IMG/VR virus record: IMGVR_UViG_3300049259_000169
Coordinates: 1 to 62,693 of that record
DNA length: 62,693 bases
From: a virus
Taxonomy: Duplodnaviria; Caudoviricetes
Direction: 5' to 3' (one strand)
In this document: positions 1 to 9,879 of the stretch, piece by piece
Position numbering within the stretch: position 1 is the first letter of the stretch
Layout: the number at the start of each line of letters is the position of its first letter
Notes under the pieces: generated by a model
The model's database searches: none
Told to the model about the DNA's origin: nothing
What the model saw: the letters and a program-made list of their open reading frames with translations, nothing else
Program-made: the position numbers and the translations under genes

Positions 1-51
1 CTTCTGGTGGGAGGGGGGCGGTCTGGTGGCGACCGCCCACGTCGTGACAGA

Positions 52-1824
52 TCAGGAGCAGGTGATGTTCGCCGCGCCGACGCGACCGCGGGCGCAGATC
101 GGGATGGTGACCTTCTCCGACCGGGCGTTGGTCATCTTGCGGACCCCGACGCCCTGCTCGGTGAACGTGCCCGTGTAGGTGTTCACCGACAGGCCCGCGG
201 CGTCGTACACCGTCGACAGGCTGATCACGTCCTTGCTGAGTACCAGCCACGTCCCGGCGGGGTAGATCAGCGCGATGAACGTGGTGGGCGCCGACGTCAT
301 CGGGTCGGCGAAGGTCTGCCAGTCGTAGACGAACTCGACCGACAGGTGCCGGGCCGCGAAGTGCGCGGTGATCCAGGAGTCCTGGACCGGCTTCGACGGG
401 TCACCGGTCATCCGGAGCGCGAAGTCCTCACGCAGGTAGGGCAGGACCCAGTAGGGGATCTTGACCTCGAGCACCTCGTTGGGCTCCATGCGGAACAGCT
501 GGCGCTGGTACTCGGCGCGCAGCTCCAGCGAGTGCAGTGTCGACTCGGCGACCGAGGAGACGTCCAGCGCGGTGACCGCCGTGGAGCCCGCGACCACGGC
601 CGCGATCTTCTTCGCGTTCAGCTTGTGCGCGTGCACCGCCAGCGCGCCCTTGGTGATCCGCTCCACGTACTCCGGGTAGCCGGCCTCGGTGAGGATCGGG
701 ATCGACAGGCAGACGCCCGTCACGTCCATCCGGGTCTCGGTGAACGACGGGCAGTCGATCTCGTAGCAGTCCTTGGTCTCTCCGGCGATGGCCTCGGCCT
801 CGGTCTGCTCGAAGTAGCCGACGTTGGCGTCGTAGAGGGTCGAGAAGTCCGGGCCCAGGGTCGACTTGATGCCGCCGCGAGCAGCGTTCATCTCCGGGAA
901 CGACGCGAGGCCCGCGAGGGACTCACCGACCACCGGGATGCCGTAGAGGATCTCGGACGGCGAGCACCAGCCGCCGGCCGCGGTCAGGCCCTGCTCGCCG
1001 TTGAAGCCGACGACCTTGCTCGGGTCCATGGCGGCGGCGATGCGCGGCTCGTCGATCTCCGGGTCACCGGTGAGGGTGTGGTCGTCGTCGCGGGTGATCG
1101 TGAACTGGGCGACCGGGTCGCGCGGCGCCGACTGGAGCCGGGCGAGCCGGGCCTCCTTCGACTGGTCCTTCGCCGAGCCGTTGGGCTTCGGGTAGGACAG
1201 GCCGCGGGCGCCGATCATGGTGGCGACCTGGTCGAGGTCGACCGTGGCGCTGATGCCGATGTTGGCGAGGTTCGCGGACGCGGTGATCGCGACCTGCACG
1301 CCCGCACCGGCGACGGCGTCACCCGGGGTGACCTCGGGACGCGGCACCGGCCGGCGGGTCGGGGTGCCGGCGGCCGTGACGGCCTCCTGCTCCTGCGCGC
1401 TGGCGTTGACCGCGGCGACGATGGCCGCAGCGAGCGCGTCCATCGTGGTGGGCTCGGACACGGGTGCCTCCTCGGCGGGAACCTCGGGCGCCACGGCCTC
1501 CGGAGCGGGGGTCTCCGAGGCGGGCGCCTCGGGAGCGACGGGGGCCGCGGCCTCCGGAGCCTCGGGCTCCGCGGGGGCATCGAGCCGGTTGAGTAGCTCG
1601 TCCTGCTCGGCCTGGGCGGCAGCCTCGGCGGCCTGCACCTCGGCGATCCGGGCGCGGGCAGCGTCGCGGCGGTCGAAGTGACCGGCCAGCTCGGCCCGCT
1701 CAGTGGCGGTCAGCACCTCACCGTCACGGGCGCGCTGGGCGAGGACGTTGGCGGCCTCGGTGGCCTCGGTGGCGGCGGTCTCGAGCTCCTCGACGGAGGT
1801 GATCTCGGAGAAGTCGTGGTCCAT
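52..1824 (-). CDS. major capsid protein, hexamer type, with N-terminal scaffold-like region
   Basis: ATG at 1824 after AGGAG. Helical and Ala/Pro/Glu-rich N-terminus, then LTAAGGWCSPSEILY and KDCYEIDCPSF motifs typical of actinophage hexamer capsid proteins. Confidence 0.85.
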   Translation of the reverse strand: MDHDFSEITSVEELETAATEATEAANVLAQRARDGEVLTATERAELAGHFDRRDAARARIAEVQAAEAAAQAEQDELLNRLDAPAEPEAPEAAAPVAPEAPASETPAPEAVAPEVPAEEAPVSEPTTMDALAAAIVAAVNASAQEQEAVTAAGTPTRRPVPRPEVTPGDAVAGAGVQVAITASANLANIGISATVDLDQVATMIGARGLSYPKPNGSAKDQSKEARLARLQSAPRDPVAQFTITRDDDHTLTGDPEIDEPRIAAAMDPSKVVGFNGEQGLTAAGGWCSPSEILYGIPVVGESLAGLASFPEMNAARGGIKSTLGPDFSTLYDANVGYFEQTEAEAIAGETKDCYEIDCPSFTETRMDVTGVCLSIPILTEAGYPEYVERITKGALAVHAHKLNAKKIAAVVAGSTAVTALDVSSVAESTLHSLELRAEYQRQLFRMEPNEVLEVKIPYWVLPYLREDFALRMTGDPSKPVQDSWITAHFAARHLSVEFVYDWQTFADPMTSAPTTFIALIYPAGTWLVLSKDVISLSTVYDAAGLSVNTYTGTFTEQGVGVRKMTNARSEKVTIPICARGRVGAANITCS

Positions 1825-2012
1825 GGGATGCTCCTGAATGACGAGTAGTTGCACTTCGCCACCGGGCTCCACGGCCTGCGGTGATCCGCCTCCGGCGCCA
1901 CGGCCGGTGATGGATGATCTGGGAGGGACGATACACACGTCGGCGTCGTTGCGGAACGACACGCCGAAACTCGGCTACCGTCGAGGGGTTCCGGACAGCA
2001 GAGGAGAGAACC

Positions 2013-2732
2013 GTGGCAACAGCCATCGTCAACGGCGTCGAGTTCGACAGCGACGCCCCGTGCGTCGTCCACCACGTCACCTGGAACGGCTCCACGTTCA
2101 GCGCCGGCAGCTACCTGCTCGCGGCCCTGTTCGCCCTCCAGGACTGGCTCGACCGCAGGCACCCCGGCCTCTACGTCTATGTGATCCAGGGCGCCTGGAA
2201 CACGGGGGTCGAGCTCTCGGCGGGCACCCACGACAAGGACGGCGTGGTCGACGTCGCGATCGTCAGCCGCAGGACCGGACGGAGGGTCTGGCTGCGCGGC
2301 CAGCGGTGGCTGCGGATCAATCACTTCTACGCCTGGTGGCGGCACGCCGGCTCGTGGTTCTCGGCGAGCCTGTGGCACTTCCACATGATCGTCGTCGGCA
2401 TCACCAGCGCCGGGTGCTCGGTCGGGTACCTGATCCCCGGCCAGATCTCCGACGCACAGCAGGGCCGGTCGGGCCTCGTCGGACACGTGCTCGACCCGAC
2501 GTGGAGGCCGAAGCGGTACACCCCATTCCCGTACGCCCGCTGGGTGTCGGACAAGGAGGACGAGATGAGTTCACCGAAGGACTGGACCGACGCCGACTGG
2601 AAGGCGTTCCGTGAGAACGCCGGCTGGGACGCGCCGATGAACATCACCGGCGACGGTGACAAGGCGTTCGCCGGGAAGACGTTCCGGTGGGCGATGAAGC
2701 AGGTCGCGCGCGTGACGGGAGCAGTGAAGTGA
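2013..2732 (+). CDS. endolysin, M15-like Zn peptidase
   Basis: GTG after GAGGAG. Motifs IQGAWN, SAGTHD-x4-VD and WHFH. Followed by a holin-like gene. Confidence 0.7.
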   Translation: MATAIVNGVEFDSDAPCVVHHVTWNGSTFSAGSYLLAALFALQDWLDRRHPGLYVYVIQGAWNTGVELSAGTHDKDGVVDVAIVSRRTGRRVWLRGQRWLRINHFYAWWRHAGSWFSASLWHFHMIVVGITSAGCSVGYLIPGQISDAQQGRSGLVGHVLDPTWRPKRYTPFPYARWVSDKEDEMSSPKDWTDADWKAFRENAGWDAPMNITGDGDKAFAGKTFRWAMKQVARVTGAVK

Positions 2733-3040
2733 CCACCACGATGACCCGGGCCCTGGCGCTGCTGGGCCTCACCGGGCAGGACGTCAAGATGGCAGTCCGC
2801 TCGTTCGTCTTCACGTTCCTCGCGGTCTTCGTGCCCGGCGCCCTCGGCTGGCTGCACGCCTGGACCGAGTGGTCCCCGGGCAGGCCGTACCCGGACTTCT
2901 CCGCGGTGGCGGCCGCTGCGGTGGCGGGCGTGGTCGCCGCGGCCACCGGCGTCCTGACGCTGATCGTCCGGGCGATCGAGGGCAAGACCGGCAAGGGGTT
3001 CCTGCGCAAGAATCCGCCCAAGGTGTCGCCGAAGCGGTAG
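2729..3040 (+). CDS. holin-like membrane protein
   Basis: GTGA overlap with the lysin stop. Two hydrophobic segments and a basic C-terminus. Confidence 0.7.
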   Translation: MTTTMTRALALLGLTGQDVKMAVRSFVFTFLAVFVPGALGWLHAWTEWSPGRPYPDFSAVAAAAVAGVVAAATGVLTLIVRAIEGKTGKGFLRKNPPKVSPKR

Positions 3041-3053
3041 GCCCGCGAGAGTC

Positions 3054-3092
3054 GAAGAAGCCCCCCGGACCTCAGACCCGGGGGGCTTCTTC
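3054..3092. terminator. probable bidirectional intrinsic terminator
   Basis: 15-bp perfect stem GAAGAAGCCCCCCGG/CCGGGGGGCTTCTTC between convergent genes. Confidence 0.85.
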
Positions 3093-3100
3093 ATGTCCGG

Positions 3101-3244
3101 TCACTGCCTGACGTACGTGCCACCCTTGCTGTTGACCCGGGACTTGGCCTGGACCTCGTTCAGGTTCCTGACCACCTGGCCGCCGTCACTCGACGTCCAG
3201 GTGTACTTGGCCACGGCCGTCTTCTTGCATCCGCAGTCGCCCAT
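3101..3244 (-). CDS. 47-aa small head-module protein (MGDCGCKK...), not in the ORF track
   Basis: Translated by hand. GAGAGGA RBS. A CxC N-terminus is typical of the small gene after the maturation protease in this phage type. Confidence 0.75.
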   Translation of the reverse strand: MGDCGCKKTAVAKYTWTSSDGGQVVRNLNEVQAKSRVNSKGGTYVRQ

Positions 3245-3256
3245 CGTGCTGTCCTC

Positions 3257-5719
3257 TCACTCACTCCGCGCCAGCAGCGCGGCCGTCTCCTCGCGGTCGA
3301 GCCGGGCGACCAGCGCCTCGGTCTCTCGGCGATCGATCATCCGCTGTTCCACCGCCGCTGCAATGTCGGCGATGCTGCCACCAGCCCAGTCGCCCTGGTG
3401 CTCGCCCTGCACGACACCGGCCGCGACCAGCGAGGTCTGGAGGCCCGCCGCGATGTGGACCCGGGGGATCGGGTAGCCGGGCATGTTCACGCACAGTGCG
3501 GCCATCAGCTCGAGGTCCGGCTGGCCGGCGGGACGCCAGTCGCCGGAGAGCTTCGACGCGCGGGCAGCCACGACCATCTCCGGCGATGTGCCGGGACGGA
3601 CCCAGCCGGCGCACCAGATGCCGAACTCGTCGTCACCGACGGCGACGTCCGCCCAGGCGCTGCACGAGTTGTCGTAGTGCTCCATGGCTGCGCGCATCCC
3701 GAGCCGTACGTCGGCGTGCCCACCGCCGACGGTCAGTGAGCCACAGGGCACCATGCCCTCGGTGGTGAGCACCTGGCCGAGCAGGAAGTAGGCGTAGCCG
3801 GTCGAGGACATCGGAGCCTCGCGGCACACGCCCGGCATCCCGGTGTGACAGGTGCCCCGGGTGGCGATGTGGCCGAAGACCTGACCCTCCTCGGTGACCA
3901 TCAGCGGGGCACCCCAACCACCGGTGTTCGGGTTCTGCACCATCCGCGGGTCGTCGGCGCCGGTGAACTCCGGATCGCGGAACCACGCGGCCGGCGCGAC
4001 CAGCCCAGCACCCGAGGCGGCCAGCGCGATCTCCTCCCGCTCAACGAGCCGGAAGGTCTGGCGCAGGGAGTCGGGCATGTTGACGACCTCGGCCGCTAGC
4101 TCGGACGGAGCATGGCCGGGCCAGTAGCCCAGGGCGTCGTAGTGCCACTGGGCGCAGATCTGGTTGAGGTAGACCAGATCCTCGGGAGAGTTCTCGGCGA
4201 TCTCCTCGCCCACCTGGAGCCGACACCGGTTGAAGTCGCCGCCACCAGGAGCGCCCCAGCCGATCTTGACGTAGCCCTCCTCGCCGGGACGGGTCCAGTA
4301 GTCGTGGATGCGCTTGGTGTCCTCGGGGTTGGTGATCCAGCCGGGCCCACGGCCGAACTCGACGGCGGCGGAGGCGACGACGGCGACCTTCGGGTCGTCC
4401 CAGGCGGAGGTCTCGATCGACTCGCCGTCCATGAAGCCCTCGGGCGCCTCGCCCAGCGCCGACCATGCCTGGAAGAACGCCGGGATGGGACAGCCGGTGG
4501 CGCCGGAGACCCGCGGGTTCTCGTACCAGGTGGTCCCCTGCTCGTCGTCGAAGGCCATGGTGACGTCGTCGCCGTCGATGGAGACACCAAAGCGCGGGAA
4601 GTTCGCTGCGAGCCCGACGAACTGGTCGGCCTCGGTCGTCGGGAACAGTACGCCGGTGGCTCGGACCTCCGAGCCGACCCGGGCGGTGGCGTCGATGCGA
4701 CCGACCACCACCGAGCCCTGGTGTCCCGGGAGGTCTTCCTTCTGCCACCGGAACGGCAGGGGCAGCGGTCGCTGACGGCACGGGGTCATGCCGCGACCGT
4801 CGCCGGACCGGGTGTCCTCGACCAGCAGCACACCGTGCCAGGGGATGTAGCCGTCGCCGGCAGTGACCTCGGCGGAGGCCTCGGGTGCGGTCGGCTCCAT
4901 GTCGCCCTCCTGGGTGATGGTCGCGAACTGCGACCAGTCGGTTTCGTACACCTCGGGCCGCAGCGCGGGGCCGAGGTTCAGGATCTGGTCCAAAGTGAAC
5001 CACGCCGAGACGTCCGGGTTGCGGCGCTGCGGGTCGTCGGGGTTGACCAGCTCAGCTGCGGCGAGGTCCGGGTTCAGCTCGGGGAACGCGGTCGCCTCGA
5101 CCGGCGTGGTGAACACGTAGCCCTGGTAGATCCCGTCCGGCGAGCGCCAGCCACCGGTGACCTCGCCGGCCGGGACCGGCAGGCCGGTCTCCTCGCAGAA
5201 CTCGCGCCGCGCGGCCTCCTCCGCGGTCTCGCCATCCTCGAGTCCGCCACCCGGGAACTCCCAGGTGCCCATGACCTCCGGCGGGTCGTTCTGGTCCAGC
5301 GAACGCTGGATCATCAGCGCTCGGCCGGTGTCGGCGGCCTGCACCGCGAACCCGGCGTGAGTCACGCCGTTCTCCAGCACGTCGTCCGCCGACGTGATCA
5401 CGTCCTCGGGCGCGACACCGGCCAGCTCAGCCTCGTCTCGGTGGCTGATCCCCTGGCCGTCGTTGACATCGAAGGTGAGGGCCGCCCATGCCTCCGGCAG
5501 CTCGACGTCCGGGCACCCGAGCGCCGCTTTCCGCTTCCGAATGTGGGCCTTGGTCCTCGCCGGGTCCTTCGCGCGCCCGATGGCCCGGACCGCATTGCGT
5601 AGGTCGGAGCAGTTGGCGATCGGGTAGGAGCCATCGGGCATCGCGGCGCCAGCGCCTGCGGCCTTCTTGCGCTCCTCGGTGGATACGTCGCGGAAGTCGA
5701 TCATGCGGAACTCGGTCAT
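3257..5719 (-). CDS. capsid maturation protease fusion protein with a NUDIX domain
   Basis: ATGA overlap with the portal stop. Protease-like WHGVLLVE..SGDGR..GHQGSVVVGRID, Nudix box GGGLEDGETAEEAARREFCEETG, and C-terminal GHIA..GTCHTG domain. Confidence 0.8.
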   Translation of the reverse strand: MTEFRMIDFRDVSTEERKKAAGAGAAMPDGSYPIANCSDLRNAVRAIGRAKDPARTKAHIRKRKAALGCPDVELPEAWAALTFDVNDGQGISHRDEAELAGVAPEDVITSADDVLENGVTHAGFAVQAADTGRALMIQRSLDQNDPPEVMGTWEFPGGGLEDGETAEEAARREFCEETGLPVPAGEVTGGWRSPDGIYQGYVFTTPVEATAFPELNPDLAAAELVNPDDPQRRNPDVSAWFTLDQILNLGPALRPEVYETDWSQFATITQEGDMEPTAPEASAEVTAGDGYIPWHGVLLVEDTRSGDGRGMTPCRQRPLPLPFRWQKEDLPGHQGSVVVGRIDATARVGSEVRATGVLFPTTEADQFVGLAANFPRFGVSIDGDDVTMAFDDEQGTTWYENPRVSGATGCPIPAFFQAWSALGEAPEGFMDGESIETSAWDDPKVAVVASAAVEFGRGPGWITNPEDTKRIHDYWTRPGEEGYVKIGWGAPGGGDFNRCRLQVGEEIAENSPEDLVYLNQICAQWHYDALGYWPGHAPSELAAEVVNMPDSLRQTFRLVEREEIALAASGAGLVAPAAWFRDPEFTGADDPRMVQNPNTGGWGAPLMVTEEGQVFGHIATRGTCHTGMPGVCREAPMSSTGYAYFLLGQVLTTEGMVPCGSLTVGGGHADVRLGMRAAMEHYDNSCSAWADVAVGDDEFGIWCAGWVRPGTSPEMVVAARASKLSGDWRPAGQPDLELMAALCVNMPGYPIPRVHIAAGLQTSLVAAGVVQGEHQGDWAGGSIADIAAAVEQRMIDRRETEALVARLDREETAALLARSE

Positions 5720-7584
5720 GCCTCGATCTCCATCCGCTCGAGCCACTTCGTCATCTCACCCCGGTCGTGTGCGGCACCGGTGGCGACCAGGGCCGCCGTG
5801 TACCGCTGGAGGGTGGGCATCACGTCCGCCGGGTCAGCGAGGCCGTCGAGCATCTCGTTGGCCATCGGGAAGGCGTCGACCAGCAGCGCGGTCGCGTCCA
5901 GCTCGCCCGGCGCGTACGTGTGCACCGAGTAGGTGGCGACGCCCTCGGGCGGGCGGACCTTGCGCTGGATCAGCCGGTTCCCGACCCGGGACAGTGCCTG
6001 GAGGACCATCGCGTTGCACACCGGGATCAGGGACGCGACCCGCTCGGAGGGGTCCCGCGGCCGGATCGGGTGCTCCTCCAGTGACGGCGGAGGCGGAGCC
6101 TGGGTGGTCTCGGCGGTCGGGTCGCTGGCCGGCAGGTTCAGGCCGAACGCGTTGGCTGCGGCTGCGACCTGCTCAGGAGTGTTGGAGCCTCCGGCGATCT
6201 TGAGCATCAGCCAGGTCTTGAGCTCGTCGTCGCTCATCAGGTCGGTGGTGTTGAAGCCCGTCTCCCGGAGCAGGGCGACGCGGTTCAGCACGCCGAGCCC
6301 GTACAGCTCGAGTGCCTCCTTCGACCGGTCCGGGCGCAGCCGCAGCTTGGCGGTCGAGAACTGGACGACCATCTTGGTGCGGGGCACCTGGATGCGGATG
6401 TAGTCCACCGTGAAGGCGGAGACCACCAGCTCCATCGCGGGCTCGATGTGGATCTTGATCGCGGACTCTTCGATCTGCCACGCGCCCCAGTGGGACACGC
6501 CGTTCGAGGAGCCGCCGCCGGTGCCGCCGTTCGAGGCCATGCCCTCGGTGGACTCGTTGGGCAGGTCCATGCCGGACGCGAAGCGGTGTAGCGCGCCCTC
6601 GCGCATCTCCTGCGCCTTCTCGTCGAGCTCCGACCAGAAGGTGGTGACCTTCCCGACGTACTCGATCAGGTTGTCGGGGACCTGGATGATGATCGGCACC
6701 CGCGTAGAGGGGTGGCCCTGATTCCTGAGGGCGGTGGCGCCGGCCTCGGCGATCAGCCGCATCAGCTTCGTGGGCCCGTTCGCGGTCTCCGCCGCGGCCT
6801 TCTCCTCGTCGGTGGCTCCCGGGCCGAGGGGCATGTCCGGGAAGTCGATGCCCTCGGGAACCCACATGATGCCGGCGCCGGCCAGTCGCGAGATCAGCTG
6901 GGCCTGGATGTGCATGGTGAGCTTCTCGATCTCCGCGAGCACCGGAAGCATCGACTTGAACGGCGAGTCGGCGTGGTTGCGCAGGTACGGGTCGGCGCGC
7001 CAGATCCGAATGACGACGTCGAACTCACCGAGCACCAGATCGGGGGCGCCCTCGAACTTGAGGGTCCAGCTCCGGCCCTGGGTGTTGACCTCGAGCGGCG
7101 AGTAGACGCCCCAGATCATCGATCCGTCGCCGGGGGTCGACTGGGCGGCGGCCGCGAGACCGGTCGGCGTCCGGTCGGCGACGTAGCCGATGACGAACAG
7201 CTCGCCACCCACGGTGAGGTGGACGCCGATGCCGTGCAGCATCTCGGACTGGTTGGCCTTGCCGACGAAGACGTCGTCGAGGAACGCGGCCTCGGGAGAG
7301 TCGTACGACGGCTCCCACTTCGGGACCTTGGTCTTCTCGTCGATGACCGGGTTGGCCATGAACATCTCGCACTTGGACAGCGAGTTCCCGTAATACTGGG
7401 CGGCGTACCTGGCCTCGCCGATGATCGAGTAGAAGCGGTAGCACTCGGCCTGCCAGCCCTTGTCGGTCCCGTAGACCAGTGGGGCCTGGGCGCCGGTGTA
7501 GTACGCGGAGGACGCGACGAGCGCCCGGTTGGGGTGCTGGGGGCGGGTCGAGCGAGACGCCCGGGTCCGGGTCCGACCTGCCAT
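5716..7584 (-). CDS. portal protein
   Basis: 622 aa between terminase and protease. Motifs WQ..CYRFY..IGE, RIWR..P...ADSP, SRLAGAGI and HWGAWQIEE. Confidence 0.85.
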   Translation of the reverse strand: MAGRTRTRASRSTRPQHPNRALVASSAYYTGAQAPLVYGTDKGWQAECYRFYSIIGEARYAAQYYGNSLSKCEMFMANPVIDEKTKVPKWEPSYDSPEAAFLDDVFVGKANQSEMLHGIGVHLTVGGELFVIGYVADRTPTGLAAAAQSTPGDGSMIWGVYSPLEVNTQGRSWTLKFEGAPDLVLGEFDVVIRIWRADPYLRNHADSPFKSMLPVLAEIEKLTMHIQAQLISRLAGAGIMWVPEGIDFPDMPLGPGATDEEKAAAETANGPTKLMRLIAEAGATALRNQGHPSTRVPIIIQVPDNLIEYVGKVTTFWSELDEKAQEMREGALHRFASGMDLPNESTEGMASNGGTGGGSSNGVSHWGAWQIEESAIKIHIEPAMELVVSAFTVDYIRIQVPRTKMVVQFSTAKLRLRPDRSKEALELYGLGVLNRVALLRETGFNTTDLMSDDELKTWLMLKIAGGSNTPEQVAAAANAFGLNLPASDPTAETTQAPPPPSLEEHPIRPRDPSERVASLIPVCNAMVLQALSRVGNRLIQRKVRPPEGVATYSVHTYAPGELDATALLVDAFPMANEMLDGLADPADVMPTLQRYTAALVATGAAHDRGEMTKWLERMEIEA

Positions 7585-7631
7585 CTACCTGCTCCTCAGC
7601 TCGACACCGACCCGCTCAGAGTAGAGCCTCA

Positions 7632-7970
7632 TCAGTCGTCTCCGTCGAACGTCACGAGGATCGCTGCGGCGTACGACGCTGCGAGGGGTGCGTTCACCAG
7701 CCACCAGACCAGGTTCCAGTCGGTGAAGTAGCCCCACAGGATGACCCCGAACGCGAGCCACACGCACAGGCAGTAGTGGCAGTGCAGCAGCAGGTTCCAG
7801 CCGTCCTTGTCGGTGCGCTCGGGGACGATCCGGTCCCAGACGCTGCGCAGCCACGAGACCGGCGGCCAGTGGTCGTGGACCAGCAGGCGCCCGAGCCGGG
7901 CGATGGAGCCGACCGACACCAGGGCGATGAATGCCAACTGGACGTCGGTGGGGTGGGGCAGGTCGAACAT
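7632..7970 (-). CDS. membrane protein, DUF1360-like
   Basis: ARLGRLLVHD and LLHCHYCLCVW motifs; hydrophobic segments; usual position between TerL and portal. Confidence 0.7.
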   Translation of the reverse strand: MFDLPHPTDVQLAFIALVSVGSIARLGRLLVHDHWPPVSWLRSVWDRIVPERTDKDGWNLLLHCHYCLCVWLAFGVILWGYFTDWNLVWWLVNAPLAASYAAAILVTFDGDD

Positions 7971-7981
7971 GTGCTGTCCTC

Positions 7982-9526
7982 TCAGAGATCCGCGGGCGAA
8001 GCGTAGGCCCAGTCGCCACCGCCGCCGAGCAGATTGGTGGCCCCGTGGACCAGGGCGTCGACCCGGTTCGGCGACGGGCTCACGCCGGGGATCCAGGTGG
8101 TCTGCTCGGTCTCGAGCTTCTCGAACTTGCCGCGGTTGATGACGCGGCCGTTGATGACGCGGCTGGTGACGTGGAAGACCCGGGTCTTCTGGTACACGGC
8201 CACGATCGGTTCTGCCCGGATCTCCTTGCCACGCCGAGAGGTGACCTCCTTGAAGGCCGGCGCGAGGTAGCCGCTGGGCATCGCGTCGACCTCGGCCTCG
8301 AGCACCCGGAGCACCATGTCGCCGCCGTAGTTCTTCTCGTAGACGACCCGGTCGGCGGAGAACACCTCGACGGCCCGCAGTGCGGCGCGCGCCCAGCCGC
8401 TGGGGCTGTACTTGCCGGACAGGTCCGCGAGCACGTACAGGTTCTTGGCGGCATCCATGCCGATGACGATGATGCCGGTCTCGTCGGAGCGCTTGTTCGC
8501 GGTGCCGGCGGGGTCGATGGCTACCACGATGGTGACCATGTCCGGAAGATTGTCGTCGTCGATCTCGTGGATGTAGTCCCACCTCCACAGCGCGCCCTCG
8601 ACGTCCTCCAAGATCTCGCCGTCGATCTCCTGCTTGCCGAGCCGGGTCTTCCGCTTCGGGTCGATGACGGTCTTGCGGTAGATCGGCGACAGGTTGGTCA
8701 GGTTGGCGTCAGAGGAGACGCGGCGGTCGATGGTGAACTCGCCCGCGATCTGCTCCTTGACCCAGTCGGTGGCCTTCGGGGTCGAGGTGGCCACGATCTT
8801 CGGGTGCCGGCCCTTGCGGAGCCCGTACAGCATGTTGTCCCAGCACAGCTTGACCAGCGCCCAGTGGGCGGGCTCATCGGCCCAGATGTAGCCGGAGTTC
8901 TGGCCACGGAGGCGCTCCGGCTCCTCGGCGGAATAGCCGATCGCCACGCATCCGTTGGGCCACGTCAGCTGCTTCTTCGACGGCTCCCAGACGGGCCGCT
9001 CACCGGGCTTCGCGCACGCCAGGATGCCGGAGTCGCCCTCGACCATGATGTTGCGGATATCGGGGACAGTGGCGCCCACCAGGGTGATGTTGGAGACCTT
9101 CCTCGACACCTGGTTGGTGATCTCGGCGCCGGTCTTGGTCTTGCCCGACCCGCGGCCACCGCGCAGGAACAGCGTCAGCCACAGGCCCGACCAGCGAGGA
9201 GGACGCTGGTCGGCCCTGGCATGGGGGAACGTCCACTCGTCGATCATCGCGCCGGGGACGCCGCAGTGGACGCACCTCACGGCGTTCTTGACGACCAGGA
9301 CGAGGTCCGACTCCTCGTCGCGGAGCCACTCGTGCCCGTACCGGTGCGGGCACTCGCGCTGGTCGACCGGATAAGCGTGCGGCTGGCCGTTGCACCCGTG
9401 GTCGGCGCAGAAGAACGGGCGCCACGGCCGGCGCCCCTCGGACTGGAGGGTGGCCAGCAGCTTCTGCTGGGCGTCCGGGCGCCAGTGCTGGACCTGCTCC
9501 AGGGCCTCGCCGACGTCGATGGTCAT
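7982..9526 (-). CDS. terL: terminase large subunit
   Basis: Walker A GGRGSGKT, Walker B IWADE, nuclease motifs VAIDPA, DETGI and PNRVDALV. Confidence 0.95.
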   Translation of the reverse strand: MTIDVGEALEQVQHWRPDAQQKLLATLQSEGRRPWRPFFCADHGCNGQPHAYPVDQRECPHRYGHEWLRDEESDLVLVVKNAVRCVHCGVPGAMIDEWTFPHARADQRPPRWSGLWLTLFLRGGRGSGKTKTGAEITNQVSRKVSNITLVGATVPDIRNIMVEGDSGILACAKPGERPVWEPSKKQLTWPNGCVAIGYSAEEPERLRGQNSGYIWADEPAHWALVKLCWDNMLYGLRKGRHPKIVATSTPKATDWVKEQIAGEFTIDRRVSSDANLTNLSPIYRKTVIDPKRKTRLGKQEIDGEILEDVEGALWRWDYIHEIDDDNLPDMVTIVVAIDPAGTANKRSDETGIIVIGMDAAKNLYVLADLSGKYSPSGWARAALRAVEVFSADRVVYEKNYGGDMVLRVLEAEVDAMPSGYLAPAFKEVTSRRGKEIRAEPIVAVYQKTRVFHVTSRVINGRVINRGKFEKLETEQTTWIPGVSPSPNRVDALVHGATNLLGGGGDWAYASPADL

Positions 9527-9699
9527 GCGACCACCCGCAACACGTGGGGTGGCCGACAGTGAGCGCACGGCTCAAGGCGGCGCCTCTCGATCTCGCGACG
9601 GCCAACGGCCGACACGTGGGTGACGGTCGAGTTCAGCCCGATGCAGTACGGGTCCTCGTGATACCTCCGCCCGGTGCGCGAGGCGTAGAGGAGCCTCAC
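9523..9699 (-). CDS. 58-aa Ada-like Zn-binding protein, not in the ORF track
   Basis: Hand translation MRLLYASRTGRRYHEDPYC...LEPCAHCRP; ATGA overlap with terL. Confidence 0.6.
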   Translation of the reverse strand: MRLLYASRTGRRYHEDPYCIGLNSTVTHVSAVGRREIERRRLEPCAHCRPPHVLRVVA

Positions 9700-9711
9700 G
9701 GGGCGGTCCGG

Positions 9712-9870
9712 TCAGACGGAGACGGGGTCGTGCGCGGAGCACCGGGAGCGGTGCTTGATGGCGCAGTCGCTGCACCACCAGCCGCGGTGCAGCTTGAACG
9801 CCTGGGTGCCGACGACGAGCCAGGCACCGCAGCCGCCTGCGCAGCGCTGGGAGAATCGGACCTTGGCCAT
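9712..9870 (-). CDS. 52-aa Cys-rich protein, not in the ORF track
   Basis: MAKVRFSQRCAGGCG...WWCSDC; TAGAAT lies 6 nt upstream of the ATG. Confidence 0.55.
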   Translation of the reverse strand: MAKVRFSQRCAGGCGAWLVVGTQAFKLHRGWWCSDCAIKHRSRCSAHDPVSV

Positions 9871-9879
9871 GCGGCCATT

